A DNA stretch of 39,559 nt, taken from IMG/VR virus record IMGVR_UViG_3300038379_000636, positions 1-39,559 of that record; one strand, 5' to 3'. Positions 8,401 through 16,400 of the stretch are shown in pieces. Positions within the stretch are counted from its first letter, which is position 1. Every line of letters begins with the position of its first letter. A model generated the notes under the pieces. The model was not told the origin of the DNA, ran no database searches, and worked only from the letters and a program-made list of their open reading frames with translations. The stretch is from a virus. Position numbers and translations under genes: made by a program.

Positions 8401-8488
8401 CTCGGGGCAGACTCCACGTGCCTGCAACGCTTGGGAGCGCGGCGAACCACACGAAGCACAGAGCAAGCACAGCGCGCAGCGTCCTCAT
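5441..8488 (-). CDS. Large exported Cys-rich beta-helix-like protein (tailspike/depolymerase-like), 1015 aa
   Basis: The ATG at 8488 overlaps the upstream TGA. Signal peptide MRTLRAVLALCFVWFAALPSVA|GT. The N-terminal ~140 aa are paralogous to those of 8891-11347. Beta-helix-like motifs include VIEGNGYGNIVAH and RVTIEGNNDDNDNKG. Many paired Cys are present. Confidence 0.75.
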   Translation of the reverse strand: MRTLRAVLALCFVWFAALPSVAGTWSLPRARAGEYITFAWTSTDAGDQDATDVRSCAYLSFSAVSAGGSPSLTGYLVDTATTATSSGTQIVTVTGTGRTGSEVGPLGPKFLRFNVGTAASGGTVEVRCGGYASSRRPSGTLNYAESAVDYVGDLETGILYNANTQTLTLYNDRCDLLTRPVLDSTGASPADADIVAHIGGRSPNVLFTDGYDFGPGRICWGIFPYSSAVSPASNTHINPLGADADTNWTSGHNITYVFHQGSYVPLSMTGQTEPWLFAKFGNRFFAGQNFGQLNERVRFFGELTVNTGSGVYGLTSLTASAGGTTGAGTLPDCGTVEDSGAGWTTNQWQGWRYRATGGTGSGGTVAITANDADTLTIACMSRGIIDATGDSATTTSVTDDDKSWHTNELATTYRVRWISGCAAASTRQIASNTERTLTWSSALGCTPAAGDEWVVELDAAPDATTVYSIEWPRQRVNQLNSATIFDSPYTVVGWWNDNMTRSNHVDFRVTIEGNNDDNDNKGVEHDYAWGNDYHGWRIKNQGIAFHQYGNFVGSFQAGYISANAMGLVLADQATFDLPFYTSCVSGTCTALAQNAPAAHGAFKDTVIEGNGYGNIVAHRMNQYQFDHVWTEGVAWILATPQTNEMFFDLVSIGTGRAGAADFFGVCGTPGNNNPVDSPAQTIGRPGEVPLSLTCTPPATTAITSATFIGGSLGNDRGHEIWDAIHLAVGFSRGGDAVSINSFIGSSEDGGATSASSDAVDDAGVYNLTGKFYFRCAESLVNSSATIILDGSQLGGGTSAGVKYPNCGGIESENKVRLHFGMNQSTAPTTGTNGDCLFAGGPPATATAALSCSAANIGTNGGQNTWPLRKRMLLKRATFVRTDNTNWSTSPEDSINLRVREWYCSAEDGNGQCTTWTQSQFVFGPLVLGAYDIGRPVSTSLTRLGIVGPLGNAFTGDGTSCGNTAVLADECQSMIGVAIDGVTDTAGANNVFKLSGYIELIPPLTSTENPNGGANP

Positions 8489-8886
8489 TCTCGAATCACG
8501 ACCTCCCCCGCGACCGGCGCGGGCGTGGTTTCGGTCGGCGGCGCGAGAAGCACCTGCTCCTCGATCCCCGGCTTGGGCACATACGTCTCGGGCGCCGGCG
8601 CCGTCGCGCGGCGCATGCGGTTCGCCCAGTTGATGAGCGCGACTAGCGCCGCGTCTGCTTTGGCGCGCGCGAGCTCGCGCAGCGGCGAAGGCGCTTTGTG
8701 CGGCGGCTCGTAGGGATCGAAGTGCCCGAGCGGCTGCCACTCCGCGAGGAACTGCGCCTCGGAAAGCAGCGTCCGGCGTGTCGCGCCCGCGCGCGCAACC
8801 GTCCAGCGCCCGCCCTCGTCGCGGTAGGCGTACACGTACTCGGGCGGGAGCGGAGGAGCCTCGCGACGCTTTGCTTTGACGCGCAT
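8485..8886 (-). CDS. Small partner protein S1 (133 aa), paralogue of 11344-11592
   Basis: RREAPPLPPEYVYAYRDEGGRWTVARAG..LLSEAQFLAEWQPL aligns with RRRVMPVPPPEYVYAAPTESGQWAVSSPG..LLSARELLEQFAPL of S2. The gene is translationally coupled (ATGA) to the downstream large exported protein. Confidence 0.65.
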   Translation of the reverse strand: MRVKAKRREAPPLPPEYVYAYRDEGGRWTVARAGATRRTLLSEAQFLAEWQPLGHFDPYEPPHKAPSPLRELARAKADAALVALINWANRMRRATAPAPETYVPKPGIEEQVLLAPPTETTPAPVAGEVVIRE

Positions 8887-8890
8887 CAGC

Positions 8891-11347
8891 TCAGCTGCCT
8901 CGAATCGGGCTGAACGAGAGCCCGGTGAAGTCGATGTCGACGTTTCGCTGCGTGGTTCCCGCTTCCTTCACGATGACGACCGGAATCCAGTTTGTCGTCT
9001 CCGCGCCTTCGGGCAGGTTCGCGTCGTTCGTGATCGCGGTCGTGATCGTCCAGTCGACGCCGTTGGTCGAGTAGAAGAAGTCCGCGCGCGACCAGTCGCC
9101 GTTCAGGAAGATGCCGAGCCAGATGTAGTTCGTGTCCACCGTTGGCCCGGTGGCGGTCGCACAGTCCTGCACCCCGGCGTCCTCGCCGCAGCCGCGCCAC
9201 GCAGTCGAGGCGTCCACGTCGTAGAGCCAGTAGACTCCGTCGGTTGTGTTCAGCGGCTGGGTCGCGCCGCCGTCCGAAAAGCCCGAGAGCACCTCGTAGT
9301 CCTCGGTCCCCGCCGTCGCGAGCGCCTCGACCGCGATGCGCGCAAGGTGAAAGGCGGAGCTCTCCTCCGGATTGATCCCGGTCGTCCCCGACGCGGACAG
9401 CGCAATCGCCGCGCGACCCGTCGCCGTCGTCCCCGAATCGCACTGCAGCGCCGCGACGGGGTTTTGCGTGAGGCTCGTCGCGAGATACGTGCCGACCTGG
9501 CAAGACGCGCCCGTGCCGCTCACGAGGTTCGTCAGCTCCGCCGTCGCGCCGCCGAGGAACTCGCTCCAGGAGTCGAATAGGTTCGAGAGCCTGACCCGCT
9601 CGAGCGGCCGCCAGCGCGAGGTCGTCGCGTCGTAGGAGAACGTGATCGAATCGCCCGGCTGAAGGAACCACGCAGCGCGGTGCGGGAACGTGATGCGGTT
9701 GGCCGCGCTGGAGCTCGAGCTCTCGTGCGGCAGGATGATGAGCCGCGCGCCCGCGCCGCCGGGATCGGTCGCGTTCTCGATGCGCAGCAGCCGCCCACTC
9801 GAGCCGCCCGTGACGCCGGTGATCTGCAGGGTGACGGTGGGCGTGAGGCGGAGCGTGACCGCACGCGCCGGCTGCGTTCCGTTCCATCCCGTCGGCGCGT
9901 AGTCGTTCTGCGAGGCGCTCGGGGAGTCGCTCACCACGGCGAGCGCGAAGCTCGTGAACGCCAGGTTCCACGGCAGCACGTGCGCGCTCACGTTGTTCGG
10001 CGTGCTGGCGTCTTTCTGCCACACGACGTTCGTTCCGCCGCTCGCCGCTGCGGGGGTCGTGTCGTCGAAGTCGGCGTCGGTCGCGGCCGATCCGTTCACG
10101 CTGACGTTGTCCCCACCACCGCCGGCGCCGTCGTCCGAGTTGTCGGCGAAACCGATGGGGACGCCGACAAGCTGCGACCACTCCACCTTGCCCGTCGCCT
10201 GATTCGGGAAGCCGCCGCCGATCGTGTCGTCGAGCTCCTCGAGGGCAGGCCCGAGCGCCGTCGCGGTGAAGTTGGAGTCCGCGTCGTCGAAGGGGAGCGA
10301 ATCGTCGTCGAGCACGTCGGCGCCGCCCGCGTGATGCTCGCTCGCGTGCGACTCTTCCTCCAGATCCGCGGTGACATCCGTTCCCGCGTTCTGCGTAAGG
10401 CCGTGCGTGCCGGCGGACAGGGTGAGCGGCGCGCTGACGGTGATCTCTTCCGCGACGCCGGTGCCGACCGTGGTACGCCCCAGCAGTCGAGCGGTCGACA
10501 TCGACGTCGAAATGGTGCCGCCCGACTGCGTGATCGGAGCCGTGGCCGACAGCGCGCCGTAATCGCCCGCCTCGGGGACGTCGTCATCGGCCGTACAGCC
10601 TTCCGCGGCCCCCGCGGTATCGACGCCGGCGGCCCACTGATTCGCGCCGCAGTTGCCACCGTTGGACTCGAGGGCGTCGGCCTGCCGCACCTCGAAGATC
10701 ACGTCCTCGGCGGCGACGCAGCGCGCATCGGGCGCACCCGCCCCGGTGCAGCGAATCGGGTCCGCGTCGCCCTCATTCTCGAGGTCGGGATCCACCGCGG
10801 CGACGCCCTGCACCGAGACGTTGTCCCCGCCTCCGCCGCCCGGCGTGTAGCACTCCCAGGCCGAGTCGCCGGCGTCACGGCGGATTGACTGGCCGCCCGT
10901 GCAGCCGAGATCGTCGATGATCGCCGAGGCGTTGACCGAGCCCCCTGCGCTCGCCACCGCGACATTCGAACCACAGCTGAACTCGAGGATGCTCGTTCCG
11001 GCGCCGACGGCGACGCGCTGGACGCGCAGGCGCCGAAAGCGCGGAACGAAGATTGCCTCGCCGTCCGCGGTGAACGTGGCTTCGACCTTGCTCTCGGTAC
11101 ACGCCGCGTCGCTGCACGAGTAGACCGTGGCATCGCCGCCCGCGCCGTCGGCGAAGCCGACCGAGACGGTGCGGCCGAGCGGCCCGAGCCCGCGCACGCT
11201 CGAGAAGCCCGTCGAGTCGGTGGCGTCGAACCGATACTGCGAAGCGTTGTCATTCGCGCAGATCGTCGGGTCGACGTTGACCCACTGGGCGGCGGACGCC
11301 GCAAGCGACGCAAAGCAGAGCGCGAGCGCGAGGAATGCGCGCCTCAT
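8891..11347 (-). CDS. Large exported fibre-like protein with a jelly-roll/LamG-like C-terminus, 818 aa
   Basis: The ATG at 11347 overlaps the upstream TGA. Signal peptide MRRAFLALALCFASLAASA|AQ. An internal repeat GGGGDNVSV(Q/N)G occurs twice. The C-terminus YIWLGIFLNGDWSRADFFYSTNGVDWT looks lectin/LamG-like. Confidence 0.75.
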   Translation of the reverse strand: MRRAFLALALCFASLAASAAQWVNVDPTICANDNASQYRFDATDSTGFSSVRGLGPLGRTVSVGFADGAGGDATVYSCSDAACTESKVEATFTADGEAIFVPRFRRLRVQRVAVGAGTSILEFSCGSNVAVASAGGSVNASAIIDDLGCTGGQSIRRDAGDSAWECYTPGGGGGDNVSVQGVAAVDPDLENEGDADPIRCTGAGAPDARCVAAEDVIFEVRQADALESNGGNCGANQWAAGVDTAGAAEGCTADDDVPEAGDYGALSATAPITQSGGTISTSMSTARLLGRTTVGTGVAEEITVSAPLTLSAGTHGLTQNAGTDVTADLEEESHASEHHAGGADVLDDDSLPFDDADSNFTATALGPALEELDDTIGGGFPNQATGKVEWSQLVGVPIGFADNSDDGAGGGGDNVSVNGSAATDADFDDTTPAAASGGTNVVWQKDASTPNNVSAHVLPWNLAFTSFALAVVSDSPSASQNDYAPTGWNGTQPARAVTLRLTPTVTLQITGVTGGSSGRLLRIENATDPGGAGARLIILPHESSSSSAANRITFPHRAAWFLQPGDSITFSYDATTSRWRPLERVRLSNLFDSWSEFLGGATAELTNLVSGTGASCQVGTYLATSLTQNPVAALQCDSGTTATGRAAIALSASGTTGINPEESSAFHLARIAVEALATAGTEDYEVLSGFSDGGATQPLNTTDGVYWLYDVDASTAWRGCGEDAGVQDCATATGPTVDTNYIWLGIFLNGDWSRADFFYSTNGVDWTITTAITNDANLPEGAETTNWIPVVIVKEAGTTQRNVDIDFTGLSFSPIRGS

Positions 11348-11592
11348 AGCTGCCGGTTGCTCAGCACGTGCGCCTCGGCCGCCGCCTTTTCGTCCTCGGC
11401 ACGGGCCGCCGCCTCGAGCGCTGCGCTCGGCGCGAGCGGCGCAAACTGCTCGAGGAGCTCGCGCGCCGAGAGCAGAAAGATCGGGCTGCCCGGCGACGAG
11501 ACGGCCCACTGCCCGCTCTCCGTAGGCGCGGCGTAGACGTACTCGGGCGGCGGGACGGGCATCACGCGGCGGCGCAGTTTGATTGAATCCAT
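11344..11592 (-). CDS. Small partner protein S2 (82 aa), paralogue of 8485-8886
   Basis: Shares the PPEYVYA..G.W.V core with S1. RBS GGAGG lies upstream. ATGA coupling to the downstream exported protein. Confidence 0.65.
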   Translation of the reverse strand: MDSIKLRRRVMPVPPPEYVYAAPTESGQWAVSSPGSPIFLLSARELLEQFAPLAPSAALEAAARAEDEKAAAEAHVLSNRQL

Positions 11593-11601
11593 GAGGGCCT
11601 C

Positions 11602-13407
11602 CTAGTCGTAGAAGCTCGCGTCGTGCGTCGCGTGGATGTGCCAGTCGGTTTCGCTGGTCGTCACGGCGTCGAACCGGATGTACGTGTGCTTTTGGCCCGC
11701 GGCGATCGAGCCGAGCGTGCCATTGTTGCCCGAGAGGTTGCGCGGCGTGTTGGCCGCCGCGCCCGGGTTGTAAGTCGTGATCGTCCCGACAAAGCGCATG
11801 GGGCGCGCATGCTGCCAGCCGAATGCGGTCTGATTCGAGTCGTCGCCGGTCGCGACCAAGGTGCCCGGAAAACCCGCGGTGCCAGTCGCCAGCGTCGCGA
11901 CGCTCGTCGCGTAGTCCGCCGTCTTGTCGAACCCGACCTGGCACGCGGCGAGCGTTGCGTCGAAGTCGTCCACGCGCAGGCTCGAGGAGATGTCGCCGAA
12001 CGCGAGCCACGCATCGGTGACACGGAACTCGATCGTGGCCGCGTTCATCGCGAGCAGGTCCACGTAGATCTCGACCCCGTTCTGCGCGTCGGTCATCGCC
12101 CCGAGGTCGAACGTGTGCGTGAAGGCCACCTCGTTGCCTGCCGAGAGCGCACCGGGGAACGCTTGCGTCAGCCGGTTGGTCATGTTCGCCGCGGCGAACT
12201 TCGTCGCGTTGGCGTGGTCCGGCCCTGTGTTCGAGGTCGAGCGCACGTGGAAGTTGGGCGTGATCGAGCCGGTCGTGCCCGAGTGCCGCACCTTGATCCC
12301 GAACGTCACGTTCTTGGCGCCGAGTAGCGCCCCAAGCGCGCGCACTTTGCCGCGCCCAAGGCGCACGCCGAGGCGCATGTTCGTGATCCCGGCGGCGCCG
12401 GTGAAGGCGAGGCCCATCGGCGAGAGGGCCCCCGAGTGAAGGCCGGACGAGACGCGCGTCCAGGTCACGGTGCCCCCGGTCGGGAACACGAACCACTCGT
12501 CGCAGATGTAGGCGTCCACGCCGCTCGCGACGGTGCCCGTCGCCGTCTCGCTCGGGAAGCGCTGCGAGACGAGGAAGGATCCATTCACGAGCTCGTTCTC
12601 GCCCACGATGGCCGCAGCGATCGCGCTCGCAATCTGCGTCGGGACCGGCGTTCCGACCGCTTCGTAGGCGTGCGTGCGCGCGCCGGCGTCGAGGTTGTTC
12701 AGGACCGCGAGCAGCTGGAACTGGATCTTCTGCAGCTGCACGAGCAGGGTCGCGGAGTCCGCGAGCGCGAGCGGGTTCGTCTCGACCTGCTGCTCGGCTG
12801 TGTTGAGGCCCTTGATCTTGCCCAGCGTCAGCGGGTCGGTCGCGTCGAACTCGGCGTCCCCGATCGAGTTCGCCGGTGGAATCGCCGAGGGGCCCGAAGC
12901 GGTCGCCAAGTTGGCAAGCGCCCAGGCGCGCGTCACGGCGTCCTGTCCGGAAGTCGGGTCGGCGAGGTTCTTGATCCGGTTGCTGCGTGCGTCGAAGGCC
13001 CCCGCGCCATCGGTATCGGTTTCGCCAAGGCGCGGCGCGCGCTCGACGAGGTCGCGCGTGCGCTGATTCTGATGCACGGCGCGGTCGAGCTGCTCCTCGA
13101 GCGCCTCGGCCGGGAGCGACGTGCCTCCGACGAGGTCGACCTGCTGCTTGAGCTCGGGGTCGTGAATGATGTGCAGCGTGACGCCCGTCGCCGGCGCCGT
13201 GACCATCGTGACCGTTCCGCCCGCCGGCGCGTCCTCGCCGGCCACGCTGTAGTGCGTGCCGAGCGTCTTCGTCGTCTCGGTTCCGTCGGCGGCGCGCTCG
13301 ATGACGAGGAGCGCTGCCGCGTCGCGGAACATCCAGGGCACGGCGAAGGCGACCGTCGCGCCGTTGCCGGCATAGGACACTCGGACCTGCTCGCTCGTGA
13401 CCGCCAT
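11602..13407 (-). CDS. Tail fibre protein (podovirus type), 601 aa
   Basis: The N-terminus VRVSYAGNGATVAFAVPWMF...LLVIER..DGTET..LGTHYSV..GTVTMV.AP..GV.L.I..D..L.QQVDL, followed by FDARSNRIKNLADPTSGQDAVTRAW, matches recalled fibre/tailspike N-terminal signatures. It lies directly after the internal virion proteins, as in T7. Confidence 0.75.
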   Translation of the reverse strand: MAVTSEQVRVSYAGNGATVAFAVPWMFRDAAALLVIERAADGTETTKTLGTHYSVAGEDAPAGGTVTMVTAPATGVTLHIIHDPELKQQVDLVGGTSLPAEALEEQLDRAVHQNQRTRDLVERAPRLGETDTDGAGAFDARSNRIKNLADPTSGQDAVTRAWALANLATASGPSAIPPANSIGDAEFDATDPLTLGKIKGLNTAEQQVETNPLALADSATLLVQLQKIQFQLLAVLNNLDAGARTHAYEAVGTPVPTQIASAIAAAIVGENELVNGSFLVSQRFPSETATGTVASGVDAYICDEWFVFPTGGTVTWTRVSSGLHSGALSPMGLAFTGAAGITNMRLGVRLGRGKVRALGALLGAKNVTFGIKVRHSGTTGSITPNFHVRSTSNTGPDHANATKFAAANMTNRLTQAFPGALSAGNEVAFTHTFDLGAMTDAQNGVEIYVDLLAMNAATIEFRVTDAWLAFGDISSSLRVDDFDATLAACQVGFDKTADYATSVATLATGTAGFPGTLVATGDDSNQTAFGWQHARPMRFVGTITTYNPGAAANTPRNLSGNNGTLGSIAAGQKHTYIRFDAVTTSETDWHIHATHDASFYD

Positions 13408-16400
13408 CTATCGGCTCCTGCCGCTGCGCGAGCGCGCGGCCGTTTCGTCATCCTCTACCACACCCTCCGCCGTTTGCAGCGGCCAGTCCGCGGGCACGCC
13501 CTTGGCGAGCGCGGTCGAACGCAGCGCCGCCCAGAAGAGGTCGCCCCAGTCATCCTCATCGAGCGCCTCGTCGACCGCGCGGCCGAGGTTCGCGGCCTCC
13601 TTCCAGTAGACCCCGAGCCAGCCCGGCGCCTGCACGCGGCCGCTCGAGTAGGTGCTCCACAGATCGCGCACGCCGGGCACGAGGCCGAAGAGCGAGCCGA
13701 GCACTTCCTTGCCGAGCTTCTCGGGGATCTCGTCCTCGTCCGCAGGCTCCGGGCCGCCCGGGAACGCCGCGTAGATGAGCTGCCGCAGCCCAAAGCCGAG
13801 GATCGCCGGGAAGGTGACCGCGGTCAGCACCGCGGCGGCGGTCGCCGGGACCGAGTGGTGCCTGCGCCACGAGCCGCTGACTTGATTCAGCTGCGTGTTG
13901 AGGTAGGTCCCCATGAACGTGAAGATCTCGGCGAGCGTGCCGCCGTGGGTGAGCAGGCGCGCCTGCGAGACAAGCGAGCCAGACCCCTGCGAGAGCTTCA
14001 CCGTCGAGTCGGCCACCTCGGCCGCGTCCCGCGCCGAGCGGCCTTGATCGCGCGCGAGCCGCTCGCTCGCGAGCCAGACGGGGAGGTCGACCGCAAACAG
14101 CTGCACGCCCGCAATCGCACGCGCCCCGACGTGCTGCACGAAGGAGAGCGCGCCGGCGCGGCCCGCGACGCGGCGCTCGATCTCCTTGATCTCGCGGTCA
14201 AACGTCTCCGTCCGGGCGCGCAGCATCGCCGAGCGCGCCATCACCTCGCGGTAGGTCTTCTGCGCCCGCGCGAACGAGCCTTGCCCGAGCGCGTCGAAGA
14301 GCCCGCGCGCGAGGTAGCGCGCTGCGACCAGGTGGCGCGTTCCGGTGCCGACGGTGCGGCCCTCGACGTTCTCGACGAGCTGCTGCAGGCCGTTGGCGAG
14401 GCCCGTCGGCTGGACCGCGAGCGTGGTTGCGCGCGCGAGCAGCACGAACGAGCCCGCGCGCGCGCGCATCCCGCGCGCGAGCGCCTCGATCTCGCGCAGG
14501 CCCCCCGCGTGGCCGACGTCGCCGCTCATCGCCTGGAGCCACGGGAGCCAGAACTGCGAGACGCTAAACTCGTGGCCGAGCTGCGCGCGAATTTCTTCCT
14601 GGAGTTCGCGGCCCTGCAGCGTCTTGTAGGCGTCGAGGATCGGCTCGCGGAACGAGAGGTCGAGCGACACGTCCTCGAGGTGATCGAGCAGCATCGCGAA
14701 GGCGTCGAGCCGCAGCGCCCGGCTGCGCAGCATGGTGCGCGAGCGCGTGAAGTAGTGCGTCGGCTCGACCTTGCCGACGCCCGTGCCCTCGCGCCGGAAG
14801 ACTTCGGCGGCTTCGCGCAGCGCCGCCGCGTCCGAGCGCGTCGGGTCGTAGAGCGCCGGGAAGTAGCCGCCCGTCAGCTTCACCCCGCCCGCCTCGAACG
14901 GGACCGGCTCGAGCGGCGTCGGCGCAATGCCCGAGAGTCGGCGCTCGTGCTCGAACACCTCGGCGCGCATGCCCTCGAGCAGCGCCCACACGCGGTTGGC
15001 GAACTCGAAGTCTTCGGCGTCGAGGTGGTCGGCGAGAATGCCCGCGAGCGCGGCGCGCTGATCGGCGAGCTCCATGCCCTCGAACCAGTCGTACCCGCCC
15101 GTCAGCTTCATCAGGCTCGAGTCGTTGCCCATGTGCAGCAAGATGCCGAGGAGCGTCCGGCGCGTGAGCCACGCGGGCGCGCCGGCGCCCGCGCGCGCGA
15201 AGCGATTGCGCAGCCGCGTCTCGGGCAGGATCTCGTCGTAGCGACTGCGACCGCGCGAGGTGATGAAGCGGTCGGCGAGCGCGCGCACGGGCGTCACGTG
15301 GCTGCGCATCCGGTCGGCGTGCTGGCCTTCCGCCGCGACGAACGGGTGCACGAGCACTTGGAAGAGCATCGAGGTCGTGTCGCTGCGCACGAGCGCAGAG
15401 AGCAGCGCCTCGACGCCCGTCACCGCGGCCTGCGCACGGCGCCCAAGCGCCCAGAAGTGATCGCCGAGCTCCTCGGCGCTGCGCGTCGTGACCGCACGCG
15501 CGAACGATCCCAGCGTCGCCGGCACGGCAACCAGCCGCGGCGAGCGCGTCGCCGGCCGAAGGACTCCGCGGCGAATCTCGGCCGCCATCGTGTTCCGCAC
15601 TGTCTCGCGCTCGATCACTTCGCCCTGCACGGTCGTCTCGTACTCGCGGCGCGCGGCGTTCGCGATCGAGTCGAGGGTCTGCACGAAGCCCTGCCACTCT
15701 TCGAAGGTGAGCTCGCGGTAGTTCGTGCGCGCACCCTCGAGCATCCAGCGCGGGACCTCTTGCCAGATCGCCGAGTCGGCCTCGAGCGGGAGGTCGGGCA
15801 CCGCGAGCGCGTCGCCGGCCGCGAGTCGCTGGCGAAGCCACTCGATGAACGGGGTCCGGCGTCGCAGGATCTCGGCGCCCGACAGCACTCGCAGCGAGAC
15901 GGCCTCGAGCCGCGAGTCGATCATCTCGAGGTAGCCGTGGCCCGCGAGGCCGATCTTCTTGCGCACGGCCGGCGAGCGTTCGTAGCGCCGCGCCTTGGTG
16001 AGTCCGCTGCGCACGGACTCCTGCGCCTCATGCGCGTACTGCTCGACAAGCGTATGCAGGAGCTCGCGCCGCAGCTCGGCCGAGACGCGCGCGAAGTCGC
16101 CGGCGCGCGCCGCCCGCCACGCTTCCCGGCGAGCGGCCCGTGCCGTCTCCCGGTGAATGCGCGGGCCGCGCTCGAGCTCGGACAGTGTCTTGCCCGCGAC
16201 CATGCGGCGCGCCATGTCCTCGACCACGCGCCGCGGGGAGGGCTCTGACCCGCCCTTGGCGTGCGCGATCGCTTCCTCGTCGAGGAGGAACTGAATCCGC
16301 GCCTCGCCGGTCACGGCCTGCGCGGCCAATTCCTCAAGCACCCCCGGACCGAGCTCGCCGAGCGCCGCGAGCCGCTCGCGGGCGCGCGCCTCGGCGACGC

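Noticed and set aside
11348-12496. Upstream extensions of long minus-strand ORFs: 11348-12496, 8489-8740, 34177-35127, 21202-21516 and 36861-37325
   Set aside because: The extensions overlap well-supported upstream genes (fibre, S1, terL, the gp15-position gene and the 256-aa gene) and translate to Arg/Gly/Asp-rich junk. The internal ATG/GTG at the 4-nt overlap gives sensible N-termini such as signal peptides.
11602-13407. Diversity-generating retroelement (the BPP-1-like capsid family prompted a look for TR/VR repeats and a reverse transcriptase)
   Set aside because: No reverse-transcriptase motif (YxDD) appears in any ORF. I noticed no ~100-150-bp imperfect repeat pair near the C-termini of the fibre or spike genes.
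12436-16248. Very long plus-strand ORFs: 12436-16248 (1270 aa), 17299-21474 (1391 aa), 20699-22996 (765 aa), 23669-25951 (760 aa), 28862-32107 (1081 aa) and 9680-10888 (402 aa)
   Set aside because: These are antisense shadow ORFs typical of high-GC DNA. Their translations are Arg/Ala/Gly/Pro/Asp low-complexity with no motifs. Each is fully covered by a minus-strand gene that has recognisable domains and strong third-position G/C.
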